DNA from: Zygnema circumcarinatum SAG 698-1b
Lineage: Eukaryota; Plantae; Zygnematophyceae
Length of the DNA stretch: 64,000 nt
Direction of reading: 5' to 3'
Assembly: GCA_037447605.1 (NCBI GenBank)
Contig: CM074805.1
Span: 248,001-312,000 of the forward strand
Shown in pieces: positions 48,111 to 62,940 of the stretch. The first letter of the stretch is position 1. Each line of letters begins with the position of its first letter. The position numbers and the translations under genes are program-made. Below the pieces are notes generated by a model. That model did not search any database. It had not been told where the DNA came from and worked only from the letters and a program-made list of their open reading frames with translations.

Positions 48111-51100
48111 CTATCTGAATTCCCACCACTTCCGGTTCTGTTCTCTCTTCATCAACTCCTCCGCCAGCTTCTCAAAATCGACCGCCCCCTCAGAAAGCTC
48201 CCGCGTATGATCAGAGAGCTCCTGCAGAGCAATAATGGCCCGCCCGCATCGATCACCAGGGTTCAGGCTATATGTTCGGGGTTCAAGGTTATATATATAT
48301 ATTAGGGTTAAAGGGCTAATATGTTTGGCGGTTCAAGGCTTTACCGTATAGTCAGTTAGATCGTTTCAGAATAGGGCGTCTAAGGACACTCTGAGGCATG
48401 ACGAGTTTCCGGGCTTTAAGGGCTTCAGGGATTCTGAAAGTTTGGGCTTTGGGTTTCCAATTCATGAAGTGACAAAATGGGTGGCAGAGCTAACAAGATG
48501 CTTTGGGGCTCCAAACATTAAAATGATGCGACGACTCATAGATCACAGGGAGCCGTATCATTTGATGAACGGTATCATATCCACTAGGAAGCTAGAAAAT
48601 GGACGTGTGTGCAGGATTTAGTGTTTGTTAGGCGAAACAAGCAATACGCTCATTGCTTTTGCTTATGCTTATGCTTGCATATACTATTATACTGCTAATA
48701 CTGGAGGTATAAGTATGCTGTTTTGGCCCAACAGTGAAGAGTGATCCTCCTGACAGCTGCTTTCTTCTCAAACCCTACAAAGGGCAAGTACTTTGAGGAG
48801 GAAGCTTTGGAGGTGGGGCCCACCTGCAGCTTCTCTCCACGCTCCACCAACTTGTTAAGAGCTATTCCGGCAGCGCCGCCGGCATCCTGCACACTCCAAT
48901 GAGGCCAGTTAGCACGGTAGGAGGGAGGGAGGGAGGGAGGGAGGGAGGGAGGGAGGGAGGNNNNNNNNNNGAGGGAGGGAGGGAGGGAGGGAGGGAGGGA
49001 GGGAGAGGGAGAGAAGGAGAGGGAGGGAGGGACGTGGGGTGGAGCGAAGGAGAGAGGTACAGAGAGAGGGAGGGGAGGAAAGAGCAAGGGACCAAGAGAT
49101 TGGCGCTGCCTCATTGTGCATAATGATGGTGGATGGAGGTGTAGAAGAGTGAGTAGCAGGAGATGGCGAACCCTGGACACAACTCTAAGAACTTGAGATC
49201 CTTGATGAGCATGAGACAGGAATGGCAAGGCACAATATGAAGGGCAGGACCCTAATTCATAGAGGAGGTTCTGAGCCATTCAACCAATACATTAAGAAAG
49301 TGGCATAAACGCTTGAACAGACTTCGCTTCTCGATTCTCGGATTTTTTTTTTCCTTTCCTTTCTCTATCACTGCCTCACCCCCATTTTTTCCTCCCTGGC
49401 CTATCTCCATCTTTGCAATTGATTTTTGTTTTCGTGTTTTAGAGCACTTCAGAGAGAGCTTGACGAGGTCCCAGTTAAGACGAGAAGGAAGAAGGGCTTT
49501 ACCGTTGCTTTATTACTGGTGTATCCATAAGAAGCTTTTATCTCAGCCACAGTTCTCGGTTTTCTAGGCGCTGATGCACCAGCGGCTGAATACAGGAGAG
49601 CGCTTCTCTCTCTATCCTTCTCCGTCTCCTTCTCCTTTATCCCCTTTTCCTTATCCTTACCCTTACCCTTGTCCTTCTCCCTCTCCCTCTCGTTCTCTGC
49701 TTCCACCTCCACATGCTTCTCCTTCTGCGTCTCCTCTTTGTCTTTCTGATGCTTCTCTACAGCACCTGGAAGAAAATGAGACATAAATGATGTAAGTTTG
49801 ACCGTTATGAGAGGTCAACAAAGTCAAAATTGATTATATCTGTGTAATACAGTGAAACTAATAGTACCAAAACGTGATGCTTTCAGATATTTATAGACTG
49901 GAGGCTCCCTAACTCAGAGCCTACATATTTCCTCAGATATCGATCCTATGCCCTAGACTCTACTTGACCTAATTTTCTGTTACAGAGCGATTGCAGTATA
50001 CCCACCCACCTTTGATTTTGAGAAAGAAGCCGCCGACTCCCTTTTTCTGCTCACTCTGGCCCTTCCGCTCTGCCTCTCCCTCTCCTGTCCCTTCCATCAC
50101 ATCAGAGATGTGCTCCATCACAATGGGTTCCAACTTCACAGGCGCTGGTGCAGATGGTAATCCGAGTTCTTCTGCATCTGCAGACTCGGGAAGAAGGGGA
50201 GAAAAACAAATGTCAGGGAGAAACACGAATCAGACGAAAAAAGTAATATCAGGGAGGTGTGGGGGTGGGTGGGAGAAGAGATGGAAGAGATAACAATCCT
50301 AAGAAACGTGCAGTTCAAAAATTTAGGGTTAAGCTCAAGATGATGAGGCCAGGGTTGAGGGCTTACGGCTCGGAAATTGGGTTCAGAGCTGGAAAATTCA
50401 GATCTCACTCTCAAACCAAAAGAAGTCTTACGGAGCCTGGAATCAGAAACTAGCATTATCGAAATTTGGGACTACGAAATTAAAATCTAGAGCTTAGAGT
50501 TTTGGGACACACCAAGCCCCAAGAGAGAAGCGTGCCTTCTCCTCGCTATCTCCTCTTCACTCTCCTGCTCTACCGCTCCCTCCCCCACTAGAACGTGCTC
50601 CCCGAAGGGAGACGTCTTGAAGAGGGTCCGAAGGTTTGCGCGTGGTGACAAAGGCCTATGGGGCCCCACAGCCGCTGTGACGCTGTTGGCCAAAGCCATG
50701 GCTGCTCTCAGGCTGCCACCGATCATCTGCAGCAGGAGGAAAGGGGAGGGAGGGAGGCAGGGGGTGAGGGTGGAGAGCGAGAACACAGGAGCGAGATAGG
50801 TACGAGACGGGGGAGGGGGAGGGGAGGGAGGGGGGGGTGAAGGTGGGGGAGGGAGAGCCCAGTAGTTGGAGAAAGGGAGAAGGTAAGAATTTGCGAACGC
50901 GAGCACAAAGGGAGAGGAGACGAAGAGGGAAATTGAGGACTAGGAAAGGGGAGCACAGTAGGGAAAAGGAGGTTGAGAAAAGAAGGTCCTTTCAAGAGTT
51001 CAAGGGAGAGTACAGGAAGAGAGAGTGGGAGAGAGATTGAGCAAGTGAGAGAGGAAGGGAAAGGAAAAAGGGGAGAGATAGTGAGGCACTTCCAACCTTG

Positions 51101-54100
51101 GCTAGAGGATTTTTCCCAGCTTCAGGACTCAACGGTCGTTGGGAGCTTTGCTTTGGCTCCGTGCCGAAAGCTTCCTCTGAGAGAACTGTGTTGTGTAGTG
51201 CTGGCCTCGAGTCAGGGAGCCTGGCAGCCGTTCCATGTAATTCAATCCAGTTCAGTTCAACACACCACCATGAAATTAGTTTACACGTGGAATTCCTCCC
51301 AAACATGCAAAAGACTCATCAAATAAATAACTCCATACTGTCAGACATAGCAGGTCATGCTATCGGGTTCTTGGGGTCTTTGGAAGAAAAGGGTTGAATT
51401 AGAACTGTAGCAGGTAATGGCCTTTTTAAAATGACAGCAGCCCTTACCCGAGTGTATTTTCCTTTGCGAAGAGAGAGAATCGCGCAAGCTCTGTCTCCAT
51501 AGCGAGCTGCACTTCCCGAAAGCCAACGATAGTGATTGAGCTATCCTTAATACTAAAATGAGACTGCTATTCGTCTATGAGCCATAGGATCGTAAAGGAT
51601 TCAGGTGATTTCAAATAATAAAGAGCTTAGGAGCCTATCTATAGAAATTAGCCTTTAAAAGTCATTTGAAATGGTAATTCGCAGGTTGCTGAACATATGC
51701 AGTGCCTCTCAACCTTAGATCTAGTAAACAAACTACAAGTATTCAAAAAGGTTCTCACCATAATCATCTGTCCATCAACAGTAGCGGCTGTCTGTTTAAT
51801 AGTAGAAGCAAATTCGTACGGCCAAGTTAGAAGGTCAGAAAGGGGGCCTCCATCAACTGGCGCCAAGTCAGGTAGCGACCTGAGCACACCATACAGGCAC
51901 TTTTTTCAATCGCGCAGAGAGAGAGAGAGAGAGAGGAGGGGGGGCAGCGAAAGAGAGAGAGAGAAAAAAGGGGGGCAGAGAGGAGGGGCGACGACGGGAC
52001 GAGAGGGACTGTGAGGAGAGAGTGTGGGGAGAGAGCGAGAGAGAGGGGGAGAGGAAATAGAAAATGCGAGAAGGGACAAAAACAGAGGAGGGGGGGTTAG
52101 GGTTAGGGGTTAATTGGTAGAGAGAGAAAAAGAGCCGCAGAGAGGAACAAGAGAGAGAAAGGGAGATAGGGTTGCCGAGCAGGGGAGAGATAGTGAGAGA
52201 GGGAATTCTCACCGAATTTCAAAGCTGCCTTTCTTTGAAATGAGAATAATTCCGAATGGGTATTGCCCGCTTATGCCAAAAGTTGAGACCCAAATGCACT
52301 GCCCTCCTTCAAGAGTGTGCACTTTCTTTAAAGCATGGCGTTCGGCCTGCAGACAATGCAATTAATTAATAAGTTTGAGAAGACATGCTTTTGTAAATGT
52401 CTGTTACCCGTCACTTTGAAAGATAAAGAATGGTACAGGAAAGGAAANNNNNNNNNNGGGGGGGGAAGCTATATTTTCAACATCGATTCGGAGATCATTA
52501 GCTCAGTTGGACAGGTTCAATGTGCAGTTGGAAGGTTCAAGGTGGTCAAGCTAACTCTAGTCAAGAACTCTAGTCAGAGTGGTTCTTAGTAAATCTAGAG
52601 TTTTGGAAACGAAGTTCCGTAAAATACGGCATGCGGAACAGAAGCGGGTGATAATTCGCAGGGAGGGTCGCTTCGTTCTCAAGAAAGAATTTTATGGTTT
52701 CCACGACTGCTACACTTTTAGGAAGTTCAGAAGCTATCCTTTCAAAAGGCGCCGCAAATATTCCTTCTCTGCAAAACTGATCCCCACGATCACTACTGAA
52801 GGGAGAGAGAGCAGAGTGTGAGAGAGTGCAGAGGGGAGAGAGGCAAACCTGAGTGATGACAGTGGTAGGATATAGTCTTAGGCAGTCTTCCGTTATAAGC
52901 AGCATAAAGACGGGCTCTGGCCAGAGCTCCCTCCCCTCATAATACTCCTCCCAACCTCCCACCCCATATCTCGTCTGCATCATCGTCCAAGCATTTTGCG
53001 GAGAGGTAGAGAGGAAGGGAGTCGTCCGACTCATTGGAGGCACAGTTGGAAAGAATCTAGGAAAAGATAATGATGCTTGTAATGGGTGTAGAGGGGATAA
53101 ATGGGGGAAGGAGGCCTCAGAGGGGACAGAATTGTCTATATGAGAATCCTTGTCAACTGATTTAGTTTCCTTATCTTGTTCTTCAATTGGGGTTGGGAGA
53201 GAAAATGTGGGGGAGCGGCCTAGCTGGGTTCCTTCAGAAGGCTGTCCCTTAAGTTCGTCGTTTAATTTTCCAAAGACAACTGCTTCAACGGGACTCCCTA
53301 TCTCCGTGACCTCTCGAAAGGACCTTCCTTCTACCGTTACAGTCAAGTTATCTCTACCATTCGCTTGCTTTTTCTCTTTCTCTTTCTCAGTCTCTCTCAC
53401 ATCGCTCCCATGCTGCACGTCATCTTTACCCTCCTCTCCCCTGCCTCCTCTCTCATCCTCTACTCCCCCACTAGGCAGCTTCTCGGAAACAACATCCATC
53501 TCCTCAAAATCACCTTTCAGTTCCTTCTGCTCTCTCGCCTCTCCCTCCTCCCCTTGTCCTGTTTCTGCCAAATTCTCCAGCTTTGAAGAACCGTCCTCCT
53601 CTGAGGCTATCTCCATCACTTTCCCCCCTGCATCACCCGAATCCTTAACAAAATCACTCTCCCTAAAACTAGGAGTTGGAGTTAAGTCATGGTTAACTAT
53701 ATGAGGCTGGAAATCCTCCTCCGGCTCACTATCGGAGCCCGCTGACGAGCCTGCTGCAGACTGAGGCTGCTCTAAGGCCCACTGAAGGGGCATGCGACCA
53801 GCCAATGGGGAAATTGGCCTTCCAGAATTATCTGCAAATACGAATCATAATTGCATAAGTATCGCCTGAACAGTGTTTTGCAACCATACAATACTACATT
53901 CATTCAAAGGACAAATCAAGGGCTGCCACCTTTCTGCCTGTGAATCCTACTGGTCAATACCCGAGCCGAGACAGACTTCAGTTCATCACTTGAGAGGCAG
54001 TACTTGAAGTCTTCAAAAGCTTAGAGACTCTAATCCCTTAAAAAGCCCGAAATCACTAAATGCCAAACTCATAGGATGCTAGATGGCCCTATGGACATGT

Positions 54101-55883
54101 CATACAACTCGAAGCATTTTTCACGCTCTCTTCTTTGAAAAACATATCATCTCAAGAGATAAAGATTAAAGACAGATGAACTCCATGTGACGGAACTCAC
54201 CAAGAAGAGTGAGTCCTATTGTGGTTGCCGGATGCCTAGTGCTCAAAGGGCCTACCCCCACGGAGTGTCCTGTTGCGGCTTGAAGAACTACCAGAGTTGA
54301 ATTCGCCAACCCAACAAAGATCACAAGCTCTGAAGGGGGAGCAGGCTTAGGCTTGTCTTTGTGGGTGAGAGGAGAGGGAGTGGGGCCCACGTTGAGCATC
54401 GCAAAGGACATGCTTACTATTCCCGCAGTGACGTTGGGGAGACAGAGATTGTGGTAAAGTTTATTGAATCGACGCAGGCAAATAATGGAGACCTGCGGAG
54501 GTGGGGAAAGGGGAGGGAGAGACGGGTGCAGCTGTTCAGAGTTAAAGCTGTCATGTCTGATCAAACAATTAGAGAAGGGAGAGGGGTCACAGACGAGACA
54601 GGGAGACAGAAAAAAAGAGAATGGGAGAACGGAGTGAAAGGGAGAGGCAAGGGGTATTGGGAGGAGAAGTAGCGAGGGAAGGCGGAAGAGGGCAGGCTGG
54701 TGAGCAAGAGGCTGCCGGAGACGGATGGTGCGGGGGGAGAGCGAGAGAGCGAGAGAGAGAGAGAGAGAGAGGGAGAGAGCCTTACGTATCCGTCCTCATC
54801 ACCCAAGGCGAGATGTTTCGGGCCACTTGCTATGGCGATGCTCGTAACTGTCGCTTGGTGAAGTCCCAAAACCGAGATGCACTGAAAGCCAGGTTCACAT
54901 GGCACGAGTTCTGCACAGTAAACGGAGAGAGAACAAGAGAGAAAAAGAGGGCAACTCGTCACTATTACGCATTTAAATAGCACAATGTCCATCCTCACAT
55001 TCGTGCTCTTACAGACTTGGTCATACTTTCCCATATCAAGGCTTGTTCCTCATTTCATTCGGGAGTTAAAAAAAAAAAAAAAAAAAGAGAGAATGGAGAG
55101 GAAAATCGAGGAGAAAGAGAAAGGGCGTACCAATTGAAGTTCCATGGGCCCCACCATTCATAGTGTGCCGCCAAACTCCGCGGGATTCCGCACTAAGTAT
55201 ATGCAGTCGCACCTGAAGAACAGACGAAGAGTACTCGGGATGGTTACGTCAATGTTAGAGTTTAAGTAGTTACAGTCGTCAAGGTTCCGTGAACTTTCTC
55301 GAACTTTTTTTGAATGTTTTCAGGTTTCTAGGAATTTGACATTTTTTCTGATTTAATTCTACGATGTACAGTGTGAAACGATCGACATAGGCACATGTAA
55401 CATTGCCTCAAACGACAAATCGTAATGCTTGATTGAACATAGGGTTTACAAGTTATTAGAGAATCAATCTGGGCCTGATTGGCAAGAGTTATGATATGAG
55501 TTATGTGTTAAAACAAAAAGGTTATGCGGGATAACATCCTTACCAGACCTCTGTCATGTGCAACCACTAATAGGCCTGACACTGGACAGAATTCCAAGGC
55601 AGAAACTGAGTGAAGAAGCGCTCCATCTGCTTCACCACTATACTGCACACAGAAAGAGATCTCGTGTGAAAAAAAAAAAATATATATATATATACAAATG
55701 GAGCCAAACCCTATGTGAGAACATGGTTTCATCAGCTGAAGTTACAGTCTATGCCATTCTTAGCCATGTTCTGTTTATGAACACTTGAAGACCTTCTGTC
55801 TAACAATAAACCATCAAGTTGCCATTTCCATATGCTGACGTCATGTCAGAAGATGACCAATTTGACAAGAAAACTTCATACAT

Positions 55884-55922
<39 letters not shown>

Positions 55923-58900
55923 AAGCGAGTGAGGGAGAGAAAGTGAGTAATGCATTTTGACCACTGACCTCATCGACATTGGCCGGCGCGGTCAAAAGAT
56001 GGATAAGGTTTGTTGTGGTCACATCCCATAAATGCACAGATCCATTGTTGTGACCTGTAAAATATAAGCGTGGCAAAGCGTCCTTTTGAGGAGTTCCCGG
56101 GAAGCCTCCTGAAATTGGCCACCTGGCACCCGAGGATAGGGCAGTTCGCGTCCCTGATGTGGGAGTCGGAGCAAGCTGCAGAACGAATAGCATATAACAT
56201 CTGGGGTCATGAACTGACCAACCAAGCCTTAGCCCCACCCTCACATTAGCGTTGTCAAGTTTTCGTGTTTGGATGAAAAGCAAATCTTCCTAAGAACTTT
56301 TGATGTTCTAAAAAGATTCTAGGTTTCCAATCAATGCTCAAATCTTTGATTTGCTTGTGAGGGAGAGACGAGGGAAAGGGATAAGGAAGAGAGGGAAGAG
56401 GGAAACGACATGCCTTTGAGAGAACTTCGTTAATAAAAGTAGAATTCTCTACCAGCAACTGTTTGGTAGCAGTTACTGGTGACGCTCCAAGGTGGAATGG
56501 GAAGGCAATCGGATCCGGGAGGCTTACTGCCTTCCCACCTTCTCCCCCTTCTACTGCTGCCGCTACTCCCGCTTCATCCCATAGGTGCAGCTGCCCTGGC
56601 TGAGTGAGCACCATCACTGCTGAAGCTGTGAAGGGGGACCCCGAGGGAACTACGAGGATATCTGCTACAGGGCCAAACCATGGCAAAGACTTGGAGGGCT
56701 TGCCGTCAGAGTCTGCTTTCAAAGAGACCACCTGCACTTCAGACATTCAAGCGCTTTAGTTTAGGATTAGAATTTGGGTTTTTGGGTATTGCGGAGTTCA
56801 GGCTTTTGGGTTCTGAAGACTTCTGTATTTGGAGTTCCTGGATTTTCAGCATTTCGGGATGTTGGGGTTCTGTGTTGTTAAGTCTTGAGGTTCTTTAGAC
56901 GTTGCATCGTTGGACTTCCAGGTGCTTGAGGTTTTAGGGTGCTGGGGGGCAGTCAGGTATGGAGATTTGGGGAGTTTGCTGTGTTGGGACTTTTGGCTTT
57001 TCGAGCTTCGGGCAACTGGACATTTTGAGTTTGTCTGCTTTTGAGGCTTTGAGATTCTGTAGTTTGGACATTTTCGTTTAAAGGAACTCAGGTCTTTTAT
57101 TGTCACGCTGATTGATATGGCGTTAAAGTGGGAGTAGGGATCGCTAGAACAGTGTGCTCTTTCTATTCGGTAATCATGCTTCGGCTATGAACATTTCAAG
57201 TTCTTTATGACTAATAGAGTTCACTGAATATAAGTGGGAGAAAACACAGGTGATGAACCATGAATCGGAATTGGGGAAAATGTAGCTATTTCTTGATAAC
57301 TCAATCGTGGTGGATCAGTACCTTCATGGTTATCAACTATGTTTCTCAAAACGAAGTTGATTGACTGTACCAACTGCATTAACAACTGCCTTTCTTCAAT
57401 CGCGATGCACAAGGGTTTTTCAAGCATTCGCAGTACTCACAGAGATTAGTGCTGGCATACCGAGGGGTCCCCCACCAAATATATACAACCTCCCTCCTCC
57501 TCTCGCAGTAGTCGAAGCTTCATCGCAGCACCACTTCAATAGGGTCACTGCTGTCTTCAGTTCTGGCGTGGCGATCTGTATTCTCCTCAATGGCACCCCA
57601 GAAAACTCAGCCATTGCAGGTGAATGGCCTACTGGCCTTTCGTCGGGCAGTGGGAAGGCCCAAAGCGCAACCTCTCCATCCGTATATCCAGCAGCCACTA
57701 TGCTTCCCATAGGGCAAGCCCAACTCAAGCAGCAGATCTCGCTATCCACTTCCGTGTCATCATATTCCTGTTCTGCTTGTTTTGCTATTCCGGCTATTCC
57801 TGACTTGGCATGTCTGAGATCTGCAAGACGATCTCCGCCTTCGGCCAAGCGAGCACGCTGAAGCTCTGTTCCTCCTCGAGTAGCAAGCACTCTGAGTTGA
57901 TGAAGGTCCCACAGCACAATGATGCCGTTCTCGTACGCTAGAACAAGCCTGAAGTCAGCCAAGTCAGTCAAGTCAAGTTAAGTCGAGTCGAGTGGATTGA
58001 CTTGAATCAACTCAAGTCAAATGCCAGGTCTACATAGTGTTTGACACGTCGAGGAGGAAAGCATACCGGCTCCCACGTGACCAAAATGGGCTAGAATTTC
58101 GAATTGCTTGCATTTCACTTTCATCTTCTATGTGCGGATGCATTCAATAGGATGCGTTTAGCTGAAGTTGGATGAGCAATCTGGGAAGTGCGACCTAATT
58201 GTAAGGTTATGACGTCGAGTTGATGTATTACAGTTAACTATTCTTGCGGTGAAAGAAACACATAGTGACAGTGAATGATGGCCATTCCTCTACGGAGCCT
58301 CTGAGGCGGATTATCCAGAGATGGTTGGACAAATAGTGAAAAGAAGTGGAGAAGAGAGGGAGAGGGAGAAAATCCCATTTTCACCTTTGATGAAGTGCAC
58401 CAGGTTGCGGTAGAATGCCGACTAAACCTGGGGCTGTGTCACTTAAAGGCTTCACCAGTCCACCTGGCACCACAAGGAAGAAATTTCGTCTGTTAGTCTG
58501 CCCAAGCATGCAAAATAGTTCAACTGTAATTCCACAAATCCTAACGCCTACTAGCATGCTTCGCCGTTCCTGTTTTTGCAGCTTCTGTGAAGGATGCGTA
58601 TTTCACGATAAAATACCAATCTGGTAATAGTCACTGGTTTGACGGCATTATAAAGTTCATTCGAGTTTGGAGAGCTACTATTCAATCACAGAAAAGAAAG
58701 AAGTCAACTAGTAGCATCCCGTGCAGATTATTCTGTGTTCATATGCCATCCAGCCAACTCCAGTGAGATTTTCCAAGGCAACTGAATTGGAATCACGCTA
58801 GAGTTTGATCGATGCACATGAATAGATTTGACTTGCTGTGGAACTGTTTGTCCCGATTGACTAATGCTCCCAAATCATCATGATGCTGCTGCTCCCAAAG

Positions 58901-61900
58901 TCTCTAAATTTGGACCTTCCTTAAGATTTGGGTCACAAAACAGCTTTCTTACCCATAGTCACCTCAGGCGGGATGAAATACGGCAGCACTGTCAACTTGT
59001 TCCGATCATACTGGAGCACATTTAGGAGTCCATTAGAGGAGCCAAGATAACTGCACTCAGCCATGCAGATGAGGATGGTTAACTATGGCAAGATTAACTC
59101 TCTGTTTGAACCTGCAGCCTGCCTTTGAATATGAAAACCAATACTTTCTAAAGTGCTTAACGTTCAGGATAGTAGTTTATGGTTCGTTGGTGTTTCTCAG
59201 AAATTTAAGGCCTTATCAAAAGGGGCATCCTGCAGCCAGAAAACTGAGAGTCAGAAGAAGTGCGCAAACTAAGATTGGTTTGATTCTCTCTCCCACACAC
59301 TCAATAGGCTTTTTGAAGCTTTTTTGTAGATCTGCTTCTTGTACATCCGATCTGCTTAAATTCAAAAAGCAATTAGTACAGCGTTATTTAGACGGTAATG
59401 CTTGACAGTGATGAAGTAAGTTCAACTAAACGTCACATCATTCTCCACTACGGTATGATGTCCTCCATCTCACTATTCTTTAGAAGGAAATAACTAATTT
59501 TCCATATTCTCTTCGATCAGAATCCGGTGACTTTGCCAAAGCATCAATTACGGAATCCCCTTTCCAATCTGAGGCATGTGGTTTACTCGATTAGTAAGAA
59601 TCTGATTTCGAGACCGAGTCGATTACAATTGGGAACCTGCTGTAAGCACCTCCCCTTTCATAGAGACTTCCCTATAAACCTCTTTAAGAACTTTACAGAG
59701 AGCACTCTTGGGTCCCCTTTCAATGCTCTAGTCCCTGGGAACAAGGAGTTTGCGATTCCTTTCGCTACCCCTCGTCCAATGAGGGACTTTGGTGCTCAGC
59801 TGCTCAAGACTAATAGAACAAGGGCTAACTGAGCATAGAACTCAGAGAACATGATAAGCTCAAGATGGTGATACAGAGTATGGTGGATGACTTCTCTCCT
59901 AAGACTTCAATGAACTTAAGGTGAGTTTTGGTTAGATGAGATGATCATGTGGTTTAATGAACACTCTTTTCGCCAACGTGAAGGAGCGCAAAGGTATGCG
60001 CATGAAAAGTTTCCAGTTTATGAACATCGAAAATGAGGAAATCAGGCCTGTCTGATGTATCCATCTCGGAGATAAGGGAATGAGGGCCTACATGTAATTT
60101 GTATTCTGAGCGACTGAGAAGGCAGTAATAGTCGAGTTCCATTTAAGCGAATCTATCAGCTTTTGCTGTTCAAGGTCCCAGACCTGGAGAAAACCCAACA
60201 CACAATTTTTAATCAACCTTGAAGACTTCTCGCTCATTTAAGGCTATTGAATGTCCAGGATATCGTGCCACGAATTGAATGAATAAAACATTTTTCTTTC
60301 GCAAGTTTATCGGCTATGACTTGCAGAATTGTTACAGCATCGAGAATCTCTTAACAAAACACCATGCTCTATACTGAACTAGGCCTTCCCGTGACCCCAT
60401 AAACCTTAAGATTGTTCTTTTTACATGTGAGACAAACTACCCGTTCAGACAATGACTGACTGACGAATTGGTGGGAAACGAGAACCCTGGGGTTAAAAAA
60501 GCTGATGAAGCAACTTCTGGAGTACCTCAATGTCATCACGCGTGGTCGCTTGAATGAGGCATCCTTTATTGACGAGGAACTGCAACAAGCACGCGGAGGT
60601 CATACTTGAGAATGATGCCAAGTACAAAAAGAAGTGGAGACCTGACACAGACGAAAGGAACAAACAATTTTTTTTACTTATATTTTAACCTGTTTAAGTC
60701 TCAACATTCAAAAGTCTGAGTACGAACATTGCTAAGGCAGCATCTGAACGCTACGTCATAAATGTCTGATTCTTAGAACAAGTGAACCTTCACAAGCGAA
60801 TGAATATTCCCTGATTTTTTCTACTGTGAGTTTCTGAAGAATGACTCAGGCCATATTGCTCCAATCTGTAGCAGAGAAGACTAACTTTGCCAGAATCCTG
60901 AATTCAAGATTTCAGATAGTTGCTCAAATGGCAAGAGCACAAAGGCTCAACTCAGTTTCTTACAATGAATGCTAGATAAAACAAACAAAGTTAATACTCA
61001 CCTCCAAAAATCTGCATGGGGCCTTCTGTGGAGAAATCAGACAAACTTCGACCCCTTCCTGTCCAAACACCTTAATTCGACCGTCCCTGCGAAATCCAAG
61101 TGCAGAAAAGCATGTCAGAAAGAGGAGTTTACATACGCAAATTCTGCATTCGTTCATAATAGCCTTCCTCATAGTTAACGGCAACGAAATACAAGTAATG
61201 CAACATGGCCAACTGCTCTTAGTTCTGAGAACTACGATACGTCATGTCAGTACAAATATTAAACAAAGTACTGAAGTTCGTTGCAGGCAGCACGCTTTCA
61301 CCTCGTTCCGGTGGCAAGAAGGGATTGGACGGGGTCGTATGCAAGTATGGACGCCGGTCCGGGAATGCCATGATGAGCTGTGAGTCGGGGATTGAGCAGT
61401 GACGCTTTCAGCATGCCCGGAGGTACTGCAGCCTGTTGGTACAAGCCAGGCATTCATTATTTAGTACTTTTAATGACTGACAGTTTCCTGTGGCGGGTCA
61501 GACAGCAATTAACTGGGACGTTAGATTTTTGCAGGGGACACATAGCATGATTGAATGCAGCGGATTTTAACTTGCGAGGGGGAACAGGGAGATGAAGAAG
61601 GTAAAACCAAAAAAGACTAGACTAGAATAAGATTATCGGACATAAATGTTAGAAAGCAAACAACTTCCGTTCAGTCCACCTTGAAATCTAAAATTCACTC
61701 TGTCTAGCTTCCTGTTTGCTCATTCCAGGGTAACAATCCCAAATCAACTAACAACAAAAAAACATGTGATACCAGTTGGCATGAAGGGCTATGTAGCCTT
61801 TCATGCAACTTTGAAATGGCCATGATGAAGCTCCGATGCTGTAGCAATCATCATTTAAATCGCTTGCTTTGAAAGAACGTGTCAGAGTAGTGCATTATTG

Positions 61901-61990
61901 ACTCAGATAATGCAGCACTTTTAGAAAGCAGCATTTCACAAGAATGCAGCATACCTCGGAATGCGTTTTTGCAATGAGACGTTTGAACAT
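48111..61990 (-). CDS. Tomosyn / lethal-giant-larvae-like WD40 protein with a C-terminal R-SNARE-like motif (At5g05570 type)
   Basis: First exon [12 protein letters not shown] (61990-61955). Later exons give [86 protein letters not shown] and [13 protein letters not shown]-terminus LVERGEKLQ|[36 protein letters not shown] (last exon 48221-48111). Not every internal exon boundary was resolved. Confidence 0.87.
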
Positions 61991-62940
61991 TTTGGCTGAC
62001 TACGATTAAAATCCTTTTCAGATCTGCAATGGAACACTTTCTCTGTTGTATTCTCCAACCGCTCAAATGAAACAGGCTTCACCAAGGTCGGTAACTTTGA
62101 AACACGAGCAGAAGATCCTCCTGCTCTCTCCTCCACTTAGCGCTATTGACACGACAGAAGCAATACCTAAGGATTTGAAGCCACTAGGCCTGCAAGTAAG
62201 TACCATTAACCTGCAAAACTAGCAATGTCAAAAATATCGACCGCATCAAAAATGCCAATCCATTTGGAAGAACAGCTTTTTCTGTCACAAAAGACATCTA
62301 GAAGCAGTCTGTGGAATTTCAATTCGAGGCTGGCAGCCATTGTAGTGAAGAAGAATGAAGCACGAGGCCTCAGACATCCAAAGGGGCCATCTCCCAGGTG
62401 AAGGGAGAGCGAGAGATTGCCGGCCGGCAAAGGCCTGCTTGACGGCCGGCAGGCCTGGCCGCCTGGTCGGCTACCTCGCCCTTCTTTGAACGGTTCAAGG
62501 GAGCCAGCTGGCCGGCAGAAATGTGTTGACGGCCGGCAGGCGGGCCGGTAGGAGCGTGCTTCATCAGTGTTGCCACTGTCTGCGCAAGTTGCCTCGCTCG
62601 CCATTAAGGGCATGGCATGGCATTATGGCATGGCCTGGAGGAAAGGATGTCGCATTGATCTCACGATGGGATGGCATTATGGCATGGCATGGCATGGCAT
62701 GCAGGCATCGAGCCGCGGACATGCTATGGTTGGGCTGTAACAGCGAATCCTCTCAACTTCTACATGAACCGCCGGCCGTAGCCTTGGTCTGCACCGCCAG
62801 GCAATGGCTCGCTCGTGCGAGCCGTCCCCACAACGCATGCGGCTTGCAGGGAAAAGAAACGGTGCCGCATGAGTTATGACGCGACGTGACCTCACGTCAC
62901 GTGAGATGCCAATGAAGGCGAAAAGATATAAAAGGCGAAA

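Noticed and set aside
62206-62613. ORF MPLMASEAT... as the first tomosyn exon
   Set aside because: No similarity to the family; the better N-terminus [12 protein letters not shown] with a GTATG donor lies at 61990-61955.
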